A DNA stretch of 32,000 nt. Source: Copranaerobaculum intestinale (GTDB lineage Bacteria > Bacillota_I > Bacilli_A > Erysipelotrichales > Erysipelotrichaceae). The position numbers and the translations under genes were made by a program. The stretch is from positions 240,001 through 272,000 of the forward strand of contig NZ_WUUQ01000001.1 of NCBI RefSeq assembly GCF_009831105.1. Reading direction: 5' to 3'. The notes beneath the pieces are model-generated. The model had not been told where the DNA came from and did not search any database. It saw nothing but the letters and a program-made list of their open reading frames with translations. Within the stretch, counting starts at the first letter, position 1; each line of letters starts with the position of its first letter. This document shows positions 7,603-16,195 of this stretch, piece after piece.

Positions 7603-10431
7603 TTAAATTTCCCAAAGTCCATTGACACTATCCGCTTCTTCATTGACACTATGGCGATTACGGTTATAGATATATTCATAAAGGTACCCGATCTCACTGA
7701 CCGGAATTTCTACGTTGTAACAGCTCTCCACCTTCACAAACGCCTTTTTCACCACCTGAATAAAATCCTGATGATCGCGGATGAATTCCTCCAGATGATC
7801 GAACTTCGTAATATACTTATCAATGATCAGGCGTTCGATCAAACAGCTGATATGAATATACAGCCCCAGTACGATCCCGGAATCCAGATGCAGATTCAGA
7901 TCATTCTGTATCTCCCGTATGATTTCCTCCACACTGTTGATAATTTTTTCCGAATCCAAAATGGTCAGATAGTTCAGCAGATTATCCAGCGAGAAGTTCT
8001 TGATCATATCCTTATTGAACTGCATTAATTCATCCTTGGTCAAATAATCCGCAAATACTTCATCGGTTTTATCCGTGCTCTTTTGTTGGATCAGCTCCTC
8101 AATCGAGATAAATGGCATATCGTATACTTCCGGATCACAGGTACCGACAATAAACAGCACATGATATTTCTCAAATACCGGTGATTTAGTGCCCATTTCT
8201 TTTAAGCTGCGATAGTCATAGGGAACAATCGTGATATCGCTGGATGCCGGAAGTGAGGAACCGATCAATTCGGATATCTTTTCGGCGGTACCGATACCGG
8301 TCTCACATACCGATAGGATCACATCCGGCTTATGACGGTTTTCCACAATCACAAAGTTATGCTGATTTCGTTCACTTGCCTCCCGCAAAATGTAGCTGAT
8401 TGGATCATTTTCCAAGATCATCGTACCGATATCCAGCGCCAGCATCGTCGTGACATTGTTGATGACGCCGATATTCATATCCTTTATATTCTCCAGATGT
8501 TTATAAATTTCCTGCAGAGAACCCATATCCACCATGACCACGACTTCCTTACATCCAGGAAGACGGCTCAGATATTCGCGCAACTTTTTGACCACCACTT
8601 CAAAATCACTTTCAATCGGCATATCGATCGCGTCAAAAATTCGCCTCTGTAATAACTGATTTGCGGTTTCCGCAATACTGCTGGCGATCGAATAACCGTG
8701 CGCGATGATAACTGCCGGAATTGCGGCCCGTCCCTGATCCCGATCAAAATAATGAAAAAACAGGAACAGATCGAGCGAGCCAAGATAATCAAATTTGGTA
8801 TCTAATGCATCCTCCAACAGCTGGACTGTATCCATGATCACCTTATCATCCATAATGTAGTAATCCTGCATCAAATCCATAAATTCACTGCACTCTTTTT
8901 TATATTGCTTCAAGAGTGCCTGCCGTCCGGTAAAATTTTGTGTATAGTCCATGACAAAGTACGTCATGATGCTGATTTCATTATTTGACAGCTGGTCGAT
9001 ATTATATTTATGCGCCAAAATATTAAAAATACTGGTAAGCAGATTATTCAGCAGCTTGAACTTCGGCAGATTCTGCGTCTGTTCATTGAAAAACAGATAA
9101 TCGATATACGGTTCGATCTTGCTGTATGTAGAGTGGATAAATTCTTCCATCCCTGCTTCATTGTGCGGAATCATGGTAAAGAGCCGCAGGAACTGCTGAT
9201 TCAGCAGATACAATGTGCTTTCTGTACGGGTGGCATTCAAAATATCCGATACACTCAGCATGGTACGGTCATCATATTCCGCTAGTGTTTCATTTTCGCT
9301 CTGTGCCGCGATCATTGTTCCCGGCAGATCAAATAAGTGCAGTTCTACTTCCTCATCCTTGTTGGAAGCGCGCAGAAATGCCTTGGCAACACTTGCCCGG
9401 ATACAGTTTTTTAACTCTCCGACATTTCCGGGATAAGCAGCTGTTTCTAAGATTTGATAAGCAAGCTTAGACAATTTGACGGTGCGTCCGATGTGTTCCA
9501 TTTCCTTGGATACCACATGATGGATCAGCTCTTTCTTTTCCTGTAAGGGACGATCAGACAGCGGAGGGATTTTTACCAAAATCGGGATACGGCGCAGCAG
9601 CGTTTTCAACAGCACCTCATCGGGATTTTCAGTCGTCGCAAAAATCAGTCGTACCTTGCCCTCATGCCAAGTTTCATTATCCCCTACCATATGATAAATA
9701 CCTTTATCCATGAATAGGAAGATTTTCTCCTGACACTCCGGTTTCAAGCCATGCACCTCATCCAAAAACAGCACACCGCCCTCTGCCAAAGCTATTAAAC
9801 CCTGCGTATCCTTATCCGCACCGGTGTAGGCGCCCTTTTTATAGCCAAACAGATTGGTCATCAGCATTTCCGGATTGTTGGTAAATTCAGCGCAGTTGAT
9901 ATGCACAAACTTTCCGTTCTTATCGATGATTTCCTTTTCGACGCCGTAATCATACATCAGCCGGGCGATCAAGCTCTTGCCGGTCCCGGTCGGTCCCTGC
10001 AAAAGAATCGGCAGACCGCCGTTGGGATACGTGATGGCCGCCTTGCATTGTTCAATACAGTAGCTCAAGCTTTCATTCGCTCCGACCAAATCATGAAAAG
10101 CGGATGAATGATGTGCATTATGCAGCAGATTTTTACGCAGCTCATCAAGCGTATCGTAGGTGCGCATATCAGCCTTGGTATGAAAATACTCACAAAGTGA
10201 CTGCATATGAAAGAAATAGACCGGACGAGAATTGACTTTTACTACCAAACCATCATGATGAAATTCATTAAAATAATGCGATATCAGATTGCGGCTAACC
10301 CCCAATTTACTCGCAAGGTGACCTGCTGTGAGCTCCTTCAGCTGTGATTCTTTCCATTCTCCAAAAAGATCAAGCCCGATTGTGGCATCTTCCAGATACT
10401 TTAAAACTTGTTCCTTTACCTGATCTGTCAT
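7603..10431 (-). CDS. Sigma-54-dependent, PTS-controlled transcriptional activator (LevR/ManR type)
   Basis: Domain order by eye:
- N-terminal HTH.
- AAA+ domain with Walker A GPTGTGKS, a GAYTGA loop (GAFTGA equivalent) and Walker B LFLDEV.
- A PRD.
- EIIA(Man)-like IIAHGYSIASS.
- EIIB(Gat)-like CETGIGTA.
- A second PRD.
The start is moved to ATG 10431 (GGAGATGGG SD); the tracked start is 10452. Confidence 0.9.
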   Translation of the reverse strand: MTDQVKEQVLKYLEDATIGLDLFGEWKESQLKELTAGHLASKLGVSRNLISHYFNEFHHDGLVVKVNSRPVYFFHMQSLCEYFHTKADMRTYDTLDELRKNLLHNAHHSSAFHDLVGANESLSYCIEQCKAAITYPNGGLPILLQGPTGTGKSLIARLMYDYGVEKEIIDKNGKFVHINCAEFTNNPEMLMTNLFGYKKGAYTGADKDTQGLIALAEGGVLFLDEVHGLKPECQEKIFLFMDKGIYHMVGDNETWHEGKVRLIFATTENPDEVLLKTLLRRIPILVKIPPLSDRPLQEKKELIHHVVSKEMEHIGRTVKLSKLAYQILETAAYPGNVGELKNCIRASVAKAFLRASNKDEEVELHLFDLPGTMIAAQSENETLAEYDDRTMLSVSDILNATRTESTLYLLNQQFLRLFTMIPHNEAGMEEFIHSTYSKIEPYIDYLFFNEQTQNLPKFKLLNNLLTSIFNILAHKYNIDQLSNNEISIMTYFVMDYTQNFTGRQALLKQYKKECSEFMDLMQDYYIMDDKVIMDTVQLLEDALDTKFDYLGSLDLFLFFHYFDRDQGRAAIPAVIIAHGYSIASSIAETANQLLQRRIFDAIDMPIESDFEVVVKKLREYLSRLPGCKEVVVMVDMGSLQEIYKHLENIKDMNIGVINNVTTMLALDIGTMILENDPISYILREASERNQHNFVIVENRHKPDVILSVCETGIGTAEKISELIGSSLPASSDITIVPYDYRSLKEMGTKSPVFEKYHVLFIVGTCDPEVYDMPFISIEELIQQKSTDKTDEVFADYLTKDELMQFNKDMIKNFSLDNLLNYLTILDSEKIINSVEEIIREIQNDLNLHLDSGIVLGLYIHISCLIERLIIDKYITKFDHLEEFIRDHQDFIQVVKKAFVKVESCYNVEIPVSEIGYLYEYIYNRNRHSVNEEADSVNGLWEI

Positions 10432-10473
10432 AAACCCATCTCCATTTGTCATTACATTATCATGTTTATGCTT

Positions 10474-10482
10474 ATTATAGCA
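10474..10482 (-). promoter_or_regulatory. Extended -10 promoter element (TGCTATAAT) upstream of the LevR-type gene
   Basis: The minus strand reads TGCTATAAT about 40 nt upstream of the start codon. The -35 is weak. Confidence 0.4.
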
Positions 10483-10523
10483 GGATTAACCATGTATAGT
10501 GTATGAAATTTAGATTTGGATGA

Positions 10524-10553
10524 TAAAAAAGCACAGATTGAATGATCTGTGCT
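10524..10553 (-). terminator. Rho-independent terminator after the tatD-like gene
   Basis: AGCACAGAT pairs with ATCTGTGCT (9 bp), followed on the minus strand by TTTTTT. Confidence 0.7.
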
Positions 10554-11326
10554 CAGCGATTTCGGTTATAAAACAAGTTTTTATAATTTTCATTCATCGC
10601 TTTGATAAAATCCGCCGGCTCAATCTGTTTCAGTTCGCATATTTTCTGAAACGTGAGGACGACATTCTTTGGTTCATTTTGTGTGCCGCGCAGCGGATGC
10701 GGTGTCAAATACGGGGAGTCGGTTTCTACAAACAAGCGGTCAAGCGGTACAACCTTGGGCACTTCGATCAATCCCCGGGCATTCTTGAAGGTAATCGGAC
10801 CGGCAAAGGAAATATGCATACCGATCTTTAACACTTCCTTGGCTGTTTCAACGCTCCCGCTGTAACAATGCATGATGCCTCCAGTTTTCAGATGTTCCCG
10901 CAGAATACTTAACGTGTCTTGTGCAGCATCGCGCATATGAACCAAAATAGGCTTATTCAACTGTTCAGCCAGCTTAATCTGGCGAATAAACCCTGCCTTT
11001 TGAATATCCTTATGTTCCTTATCCCAATAATAGTCAAGACCGATCTCACCGATTGCGACCACATGGGGATCTTGAGCAAGCTCTTCCAGATCCTGAAAAT
11101 CCCGTTCCGTTAAATCAGGCATGTCGACCGGAAACAATCCCATCGCAACGTCGATCATATCATATTTTTCAGTGAGTTCTAGTGCCCGCTCACACTGTAT
11201 GCGATTCTGCGCGATCGCCAGTATTTTGGAAACGCCCGCTGCCTTTGCGGTAGCGATGACCGCATCAACTCGATCGTATAATTCATCCGCAGTGATATGG
11301 GCATGTGTATCAATGATTCCTTCCAT
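10553..11326 (-). CDS. TatD-family metal-dependent hydrolase/DNase (YabD-like)
   Basis: 257 aa. N-terminal IDTHAHI metal-binding motif and overall TatD-like sequence (GEIGLDYYW, VETDSPYL). Confidence 0.9.
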   Translation of the reverse strand: MEGIIDTHAHITADELYDRVDAVIATAKAAGVSKILAIAQNRIQCERALELTEKYDMIDVAMGLFPVDMPDLTERDFQDLEELAQDPHVVAIGEIGLDYYWDKEHKDIQKAGFIRQIKLAEQLNKPILVHMRDAAQDTLSILREHLKTGGIMHCYSGSVETAKEVLKIGMHISFAGPITFKNARGLIEVPKVVPLDRLFVETDSPYLTPHPLRGTQNEPKNVVLTFQKICELKQIEPADFIKAMNENYKNLFYNRNR

Positions 11327-11355
11327 GACAATTCCTTCTTTCTATATATAAATGA

Positions 11356-12690
11356 TTATTTTCCCAGACAAAAGTTTGAAAACAGAGCATCCAGTAAATC
11401 TTCACGATGGACTTCTCCCAAAATTTCCTTCAAAGCTGTATATGCTTCCTGAATATCGATCGTGATCAAATCCAGTTCATAGCCCGCTTCCATCGCCTCA
11501 ATCGCAGTTTCCATGCAGCGGCGGGCTTTCATCATCAAACCGGACTGACGCTCATTTGCCAAGGACGGTTCCTTTAAGGCGATCAAATGCTTGTCATACA
11601 ATTCATGAAGCCGCGTCAATAGGGGATCAATCTCACCGTTTGCGGCACATACAGTTAGATGCTCCTCATTCGTTTTTTCCATGAGATCACGTTTATTATA
11701 AAGAATAATACGGGTTTTCTCTTCAGTCATTGCCAACAGCTGTTCATCCTCTTGATCCAAAGGCCGGCTGCCATCCAGCACTACAATTACCAGCTGAGCG
11801 TTTTCTATCGCTTTCAAAGATCGTTCGATTCCGATCTTTTCTACCGTATCGTCAGTATCACGAATACCCGCAGTATCGATCAAATGCAGGGTGAAATTCC
11901 CCAACTGAATGTTTCCCTCAACAATATCACGAGTCGTTCCCGCAATATCCGTAACAATTGCTTTTTCTTCCTCCAGCAAAGCATTCAGCAAACTGCTCTT
12001 GCCCACATTTGGCTTTCCGACAATCGCTGTCTGTATACCCTCCTTTATCAATCGTCCGCTTTCAGAACGTTTCAGTATCTCATCGATCTTCATCACCCAG
12101 CTTCGTGCCATCGGCAGCAGCAGATCATTGGTGAGCTGCACCACATCATCATATTCGGGATAATCAATATTTACCTCAATGTTCGCTATGATATTCAAGA
12201 TATCATTGATAAGCGGATCCAGCAGCCTGCGAATACTGCCGCGTATTCCTTGCATCGCCATCTGCGCATTGGCGTGATTATCAGCTTCAATCATATCGTT
12301 AACGGCTTCGGCCTGCGTCAGATCAATGCGTCCATTCAGAAAAGCCCGCTGGGTAAATTCTCCGCGGGTCGCAAGCCGCGCACCATTCGCCAGACACAGC
12401 TTCAAGATCTGCCTGGTAATATACACGCCTCCGTGACAGTTTATTTCCACGATATCCTCTGTTGTAAAGGTCTTGGGAGATCGAAAAACGGAAATCAGTA
12501 CCTCATCCACTTTCATTTGTGATTGCGGATCCACGATAAAACCGTAGCGAATACTATTCGCCGGCACGTCGGTCAGCTTCAGCGTACAAATTTTATCAGC
12601 GATTGAAATTGCTTCATCACCGCTCATGCGGATAATGGAAATTGCACCTTCCTGAAGCGGTGTCGCGATCGCAGCTATGGTTTCATTCAT
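11356..12690 (-). CDS. mnmE: tRNA uridine-5-carboxymethylaminomethyl modification GTPase MnmE
   Basis: TIAAIATP N-terminus, G-domain motifs GKPNVGKSSLLN and DTAG, and a C-terminal FCLGK tail. The start is moved to ATG 12690 (AGGAAAGAGGA SD); the tracked start is 12765. Confidence 0.92.
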   Translation of the reverse strand: MNETIAAIATPLQEGAISIIRMSGDEAISIADKICTLKLTDVPANSIRYGFIVDPQSQMKVDEVLISVFRSPKTFTTEDIVEINCHGGVYITRQILKLCLANGARLATRGEFTQRAFLNGRIDLTQAEAVNDMIEADNHANAQMAMQGIRGSIRRLLDPLINDILNIIANIEVNIDYPEYDDVVQLTNDLLLPMARSWVMKIDEILKRSESGRLIKEGIQTAIVGKPNVGKSSLLNALLEEEKAIVTDIAGTTRDIVEGNIQLGNFTLHLIDTAGIRDTDDTVEKIGIERSLKAIENAQLVIVVLDGSRPLDQEDEQLLAMTEEKTRIILYNKRDLMEKTNEEHLTVCAANGEIDPLLTRLHELYDKHLIALKEPSLANERQSGLMMKARRCMETAIEAMEAGYELDLITIDIQEAYTALKEILGEVHREDLLDALFSNFCLGK

Positions 12691-12720
12691 GTTGATTCCT
12701 CTTTCCTTATAACTGTTAGT

Positions 12721-12729
12721 ATTATAGCA
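12721..12729 (-). promoter_or_regulatory. Extended -10 element (TGCTATAAT) for mnmE
   Basis: The minus strand reads TGCTATAAT about 30 nt upstream of the mnmE SD. Confidence 0.4.
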
Positions 12730-12768
12730 CGAATTATCATTCTTCTGATATTTGCCTGCCTTCATAAT

Positions 12769-12797
12769 TTGACATTACCGTTTATCCATAATAAACT
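12769..12797 (+). promoter_or_regulatory. Sigma-A-type promoter for the DeoR regulator gene
   Basis: TTGACA (12769-12774), a 17-nt spacer, then TAAACT (12792-12797). Confidence 0.45.
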
Positions 12798-12821
12798 GGA
12801 ATATGAAAGTGGACGGATAGT

Positions 12822-13601
12822 ATGAATAATTCAAAAAAAGCAAAAATCAGACAAGATAAAATACGGGATATGCTGCTCACTCAAGATGTGGTGACGATCC
12901 ATGAGTTTTGTGAAAAACTTCATGCATCAGAAGCGACAATACGCAATGACTTGACGTTCTTAGAATCACAGCATGTATTGAAGCGGGTTTTGGGCGGAGC
13001 CATTTCCACCGAGGGAACCCCGCGCAATACCAGTTTGCACCTCAGAACTGCCTTATACAATGAAGATAAGCAGAATATTGCCGCTTATGCGGTAAAGCAT
13101 TATATTGAACCGGGGATGACGATCGCGCTGGATGCCGGAACCACCTGCCGCTTTATCGCCCAGGCTCTGGTGGAATCGAAAATACCGGTACAGGTAATTA
13201 CCAACAATTTTCATGCGGCTTCTATTCTTATGAAGGGGGAACAGATTGATCTGTTTCTGGCCGGTGGGCGGATCGATCGCAACCATGGCTCCTGCCACGA
13301 TGACAATACCCTGGATATGATCAACTCCATACACTGTGACCGTTTTTTTCTTTCTCCGAACGGAATCGATTCCGAAGCACAGGTAACGAGTACAGCAATT
13401 GATGAACACGCAGCCAAAATGGCATTCATTCATCAAAGTGACCAGATAATCCTTGTCGCGGATCATTCAAAAATCGGTAAATCTGCGATCAAAGTAATCT
13501 GCCGGCTTGAGGACGCGGCAGTGTTGATTACCGACCAGCAGGCAGATCGTGATGAGCTACAAAAAATTGAGCAATGCGGTTTGCATGTAGAACAGGCATA
13601 A
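12822..13601 (+). CDS. DeoR-family transcriptional regulator
   Basis: 259 aa. N-terminal HTH with the DeoR signature (ATIRNDLTFLESQ). The C-terminal DeoR-type sugar-phosphate-binding domain shows ALDAGTT and FLSPNGID. Confidence 0.9.
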   Translation: MNNSKKAKIRQDKIRDMLLTQDVVTIHEFCEKLHASEATIRNDLTFLESQHVLKRVLGGAISTEGTPRNTSLHLRTALYNEDKQNIAAYAVKHYIEPGMTIALDAGTTCRFIAQALVESKIPVQVITNNFHAASILMKGEQIDLFLAGGRIDRNHGSCHDDNTLDMINSIHCDRFFLSPNGIDSEAQVTSTAIDEHAAKMAFIHQSDQIILVADHSKIGKSAIKVICRLEDAAVLITDQQADRDELQKIEQCGLHVEQA

Positions 13602-13616
13602 CGGCCTGTTTTTTTA
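13590..13616 (+). terminator. Rho-independent terminator after the DeoR gene
   Basis: AACAGGC (13591-13597) pairs with GCCTGTT (13604-13610), followed by a T-run. The stop codon lies in the loop. Confidence 0.65.
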
Positions 13617-13697
13617 TTGATAATGCAAAGCAGCAAAGGGAAACAGATATGATACTTGATCCTTTTCTTTGACACAATTATATTGATTTCAATATTT

Positions 13698-13741
13698 TAT
13701 ATCACCAAAATTATTGACTTCAATAAATTTGGTGATATAAT
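13698..13741 (+). promoter_or_regulatory. nagB-operon promoter enclosed by a perfect 12-bp inverted repeat (putative DeoR operator)
   Basis: TATATCACCAAA (13698-13709) and TTTGGTGATATA (13728-13739) are perfect reverse complements. TTGACT (13714-13719) lies in the spacer. The extended -10 TGATATAAT (to 13741) overlaps the right arm. Confidence 0.6.
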
Positions 13742-13766
13742 AAAACCACTAGAAGGAGGACATAAC

Positions 13767-14525
13767 ATGAAGGTTATTGTTACGAAGGATTACGAAGAAT
13801 TGAGTAAAGTTACAGCGGATATTGTCATCTCCATGGTAAAAGAAAAACCGAATATGATTTTCTGTTTGCCGGCGGGAGGATCCCCTATCGGCATGTATCA
13901 AGTATTGGTTGAGGAATTTAAAAAAGGTAATGTCAGCTTCAAGGATATGATTACCTTTGATATGGATGAATATGTCGGTATCGGTCCGGAAAATGAAAAC
14001 AGTTATGCGTATTTCATGCAGAAGCATTTCCTGAAATATGTGGATGTAAAGCCTGAAAATGTGTATTATCCGGATGGTTTAAGTAAAGATATCGATCAGA
14101 TGTGCGACGCTTACAGCAAGCATATGTTTTCTATGGGCGGATTAGATCTCGCAATTACCGGAATCGGTGATGACGGACACGTTGCCTTCAACGAGCCGGA
14201 CACGTACCTGCTTCCGCGCACTCATGCGGTCGATCTGAAAGAATCTACCATTCAGGCAAACGCCCGTTTCTTTAACTCGATTGAGGAAGTTCCGCAGCGA
14301 GCCGTTTCAATCGGCATGGAAGATATCATGCGTACCAAAACATTCCTTGTTGTTGCCAGCGGTGAGAAAAAGGCGCCGCTGCTGCAGAAGCTGTTCGCAA
14401 ATGATCATATCGATCCTATGTATCCGGTATCTTTCACCCGTATGCATCCCAATGCCATTCTTATCCTAGATGAAGCCGCTGCTGCTTTGGTTGATCCGGC
14501 TGTTTTGAAGGAATATACATCATGA
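13767..14525 (+). CDS. nagB: Glucosamine-6-phosphate deaminase family protein (NagB/AgaI-like)
   Basis: Starts MKVIVTKDYEEL. Contains LPAGGSP, FDMDEYVG and GIGDDGHVAFNEP, which are NagB-type motifs. Start at ATG 13767 (GAAGGAGGA SD); the tracked ORF begins at an upstream TTG 13656. Confidence 0.88.
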   Translation: MKVIVTKDYEELSKVTADIVISMVKEKPNMIFCLPAGGSPIGMYQVLVEEFKKGNVSFKDMITFDMDEYVGIGPENENSYAYFMQKHFLKYVDVKPENVYYPDGLSKDIDQMCDAYSKHMFSMGGLDLAITGIGDDGHVAFNEPDTYLLPRTHAVDLKESTIQANARFFNSIEEVPQRAVSIGMEDIMRTKTFLVVASGEKKAPLLQKLFANDHIDPMYPVSFTRMHPNAILILDEAAAALVDPAVLKEYTS

Positions 14526-15154
14526 AGCTTCAAGTAGCGCTGGATACCCTGTCACTGGAAGCAGCGCTGCAACTGTTAGAGAAAATCGAGCCGTTTGTGG
14601 ATATCGTTGAAGTCGGTACTCCTTTTATTATCGAAGAGGGACTGAAGCCCGTACGTGAAATCAAGAAGCGTTATCCAAATATGACCGTGCTGGCGGATGT
14701 GAAAATCATCGACGGCGCCAGTATTGAAGCAAAGAGCGCTTTTGAAGCAGGTGCGGATATCGTAACGGTAGTCGGGCTTGCTAATGAACAGACGATCAAG
14801 GATACGATTGACTGCGCAAGAATGTATCAAAAAGAAGTGCTCGTTGATTTCATCGCTGCCAATGTTTCATCCTTGGCAAAGCGGCTGGAGCCCTTAGGTG
14901 CAGATTACTTCTGCGTCCATACCGCAGTGGATGTTCAAGGACAAGAAGCGGGGCCGTTGGCAGAATTGATCACCCTGAAAAAGAGTGTTTCGATAAAAAC
15001 CGCGGTGGCAGGCGGTGTACGTCTGGATTCTATTGAAGAAATAGCGAAGCAGCATCCGGATATTCTGATTGTCGGCAGTGCCATCACTAATGCTGACGAT
15101 CCACAAATGGTTGCTTCCCGTATGAAGGATATTATTTCCGGGTGTTCCTCATGA
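14522..15154 (+). CDS. hxlA: 3-hexulose-6-phosphate synthase (HxlA-like; OMP-decarboxylase superfamily)
   Basis: 210 aa. MKLQVALD...VDIVEVGTP...LADVKIID...GADYFCVHT...VAGG aligns along its length with B. subtilis HxlA as I recall it. ATGA overlap with nagB. Confidence 0.8.
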   Translation: MKLQVALDTLSLEAALQLLEKIEPFVDIVEVGTPFIIEEGLKPVREIKKRYPNMTVLADVKIIDGASIEAKSAFEAGADIVTVVGLANEQTIKDTIDCARMYQKEVLVDFIAANVSSLAKRLEPLGADYFCVHTAVDVQGQEAGPLAELITLKKSVSIKTAVAGGVRLDSIEEIAKQHPDILIVGSAITNADDPQMVASRMKDIISGCSS

Positions 15155-15678
15155 ATTATGAAAAGGCATGTGCATTAATCCGCACCGAAGTATCCCGCTT
15201 CCAGGTGGAGGATAAAGCCGCGCTCGAAGGCTGCCGGCGGATATGCGATCATTCATCTCGCTTGTTCATCATTGCGGCAGGCCGTTCCCTATTAATGATG
15301 AAAGCCTTTGCGATGCGGATGATGCATCTTGGCTATGAAGTTCATATCCTGGATGAAGTGACCTGTCCCGCAATCACGAAACAGGATGTCCTGATCGCCG
15401 CATCCGGATCCGGAACTACCGCCGGTATTCTGGCAAAAGCAAAGAAAGCGAAAGCACTAGGGGCAAAGCTCATTGTATGGACACAATCTCCCGCTTCACC
15501 GATGGCTGAATTGAGTGATGTCTGTGTCAGTCTGCAGAATCATCAAAGCGGCCAGCCGGGAGCATCGCTTTTTGAACAATCGCTGCTGTTGGCACTGGAT
15601 GCCTTTGTCGCAGCGATCATGGAGGATAAAGCACTGCCGCCGGATGAAGTATATAAGCGGCATGCCAATTTAGAATAA
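15151..15678 (+). CDS. hxlB: 6-phospho-3-hexuloisomerase (HxlB-like SIS protein)
   Basis: AAGRSLLMMKAFAMRMMHLGY, SGSG, SLFEQSLLL and the C-terminal HANLE match HxlB/PHI. ATGA overlap with the hxlA-like stop. Confidence 0.8.
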   Translation: MNYEKACALIRTEVSRFQVEDKAALEGCRRICDHSSRLFIIAAGRSLLMMKAFAMRMMHLGYEVHILDEVTCPAITKQDVLIAASGSGTTAGILAKAKKAKALGAKLIVWTQSPASPMAELSDVCVSLQNHQSGQPGASLFEQSLLLALDAFVAAIMEDKALPPDEVYKRHANLE

Positions 15679-15690
15679 GAGGTGAGGTTC

Positions 15691-16164
15691 ATGTCTGAGC
15701 CCAATATTGTATTGACTCGTATCGACAACCGCCTGGTTCACGGTCAGGTGGGCAACGTCTGGGTTTCCTCGTTAAATTGTAATTTGATTGTTGTGGTTGA
15801 TGACAAGGCTGCCGTTGATCCAATTCAGCAGTCGGTTATGAAAATGACTGCACAAGCCGCACAGGTTGGCATTCGCTTCTTCACGATAGAAAAAACAATT
15901 GAAATCATCGGCAAAGCCAAGCCGAGTCAAAAAATCTTTTTGATTGCTCGTACTCCTGCTACGGTGCGGGCACTGATCGAGGGCGGAATTGCGATTCACC
16001 GCGTAAATGTCGGCAACATGCATTATGCCGACGGTAAGAAGATCTGGCATGAAAAACATGTCTATGTCGATGAAAAGGATCTTGAAGATTTACGTTTCAT
16101 CGCTGACAGCGGTGCCGAAGTATTCCTGCAATTTTCACCCGAAGAACGAAAATATTCACTATAA
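15691..16164 (+). CDS. Orphan PTS mannose-family EIIB
   Basis: The N-terminus MSEPNIVLTRIDNRLVHGQV carries the EIIB(Man) phospho-His motif. AGAGG SD 8 nt upstream of ATG 15691. No EIIA, EIIC or EIID gene in this operon. Confidence 0.85.
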   Translation: MSEPNIVLTRIDNRLVHGQVGNVWVSSLNCNLIVVVDDKAAVDPIQQSVMKMTAQAAQVGIRFFTIEKTIEIIGKAKPSQKIFLIARTPATVRALIEGGIAIHRVNVGNMHYADGKKIWHEKHVYVDEKDLEDLRFIADSGAEVFLQFSPEERKYSL

Positions 16165-16194
16165 AGAAAAAGACCGCTTTGAGCGGCCTTTTTG
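16165..16194. terminator. Short bidirectional terminator between the convergent EIIB and hsp20 genes
   Basis: CCGCT pairs with AGCGG, flanked by an A-run (16166-16171) and a T-run (16189-16193). Confidence 0.45.
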
Positions 16195-16195
16195 A

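Noticed and set aside
11659-12522. 287-aa plus-strand ORF
   Set aside because: It lies entirely antisense to the well-supported mnmE gene. It has no SD, and its composition is the Ile/Leu/Gln/Phe-rich type typical of reverse-frame artefacts.
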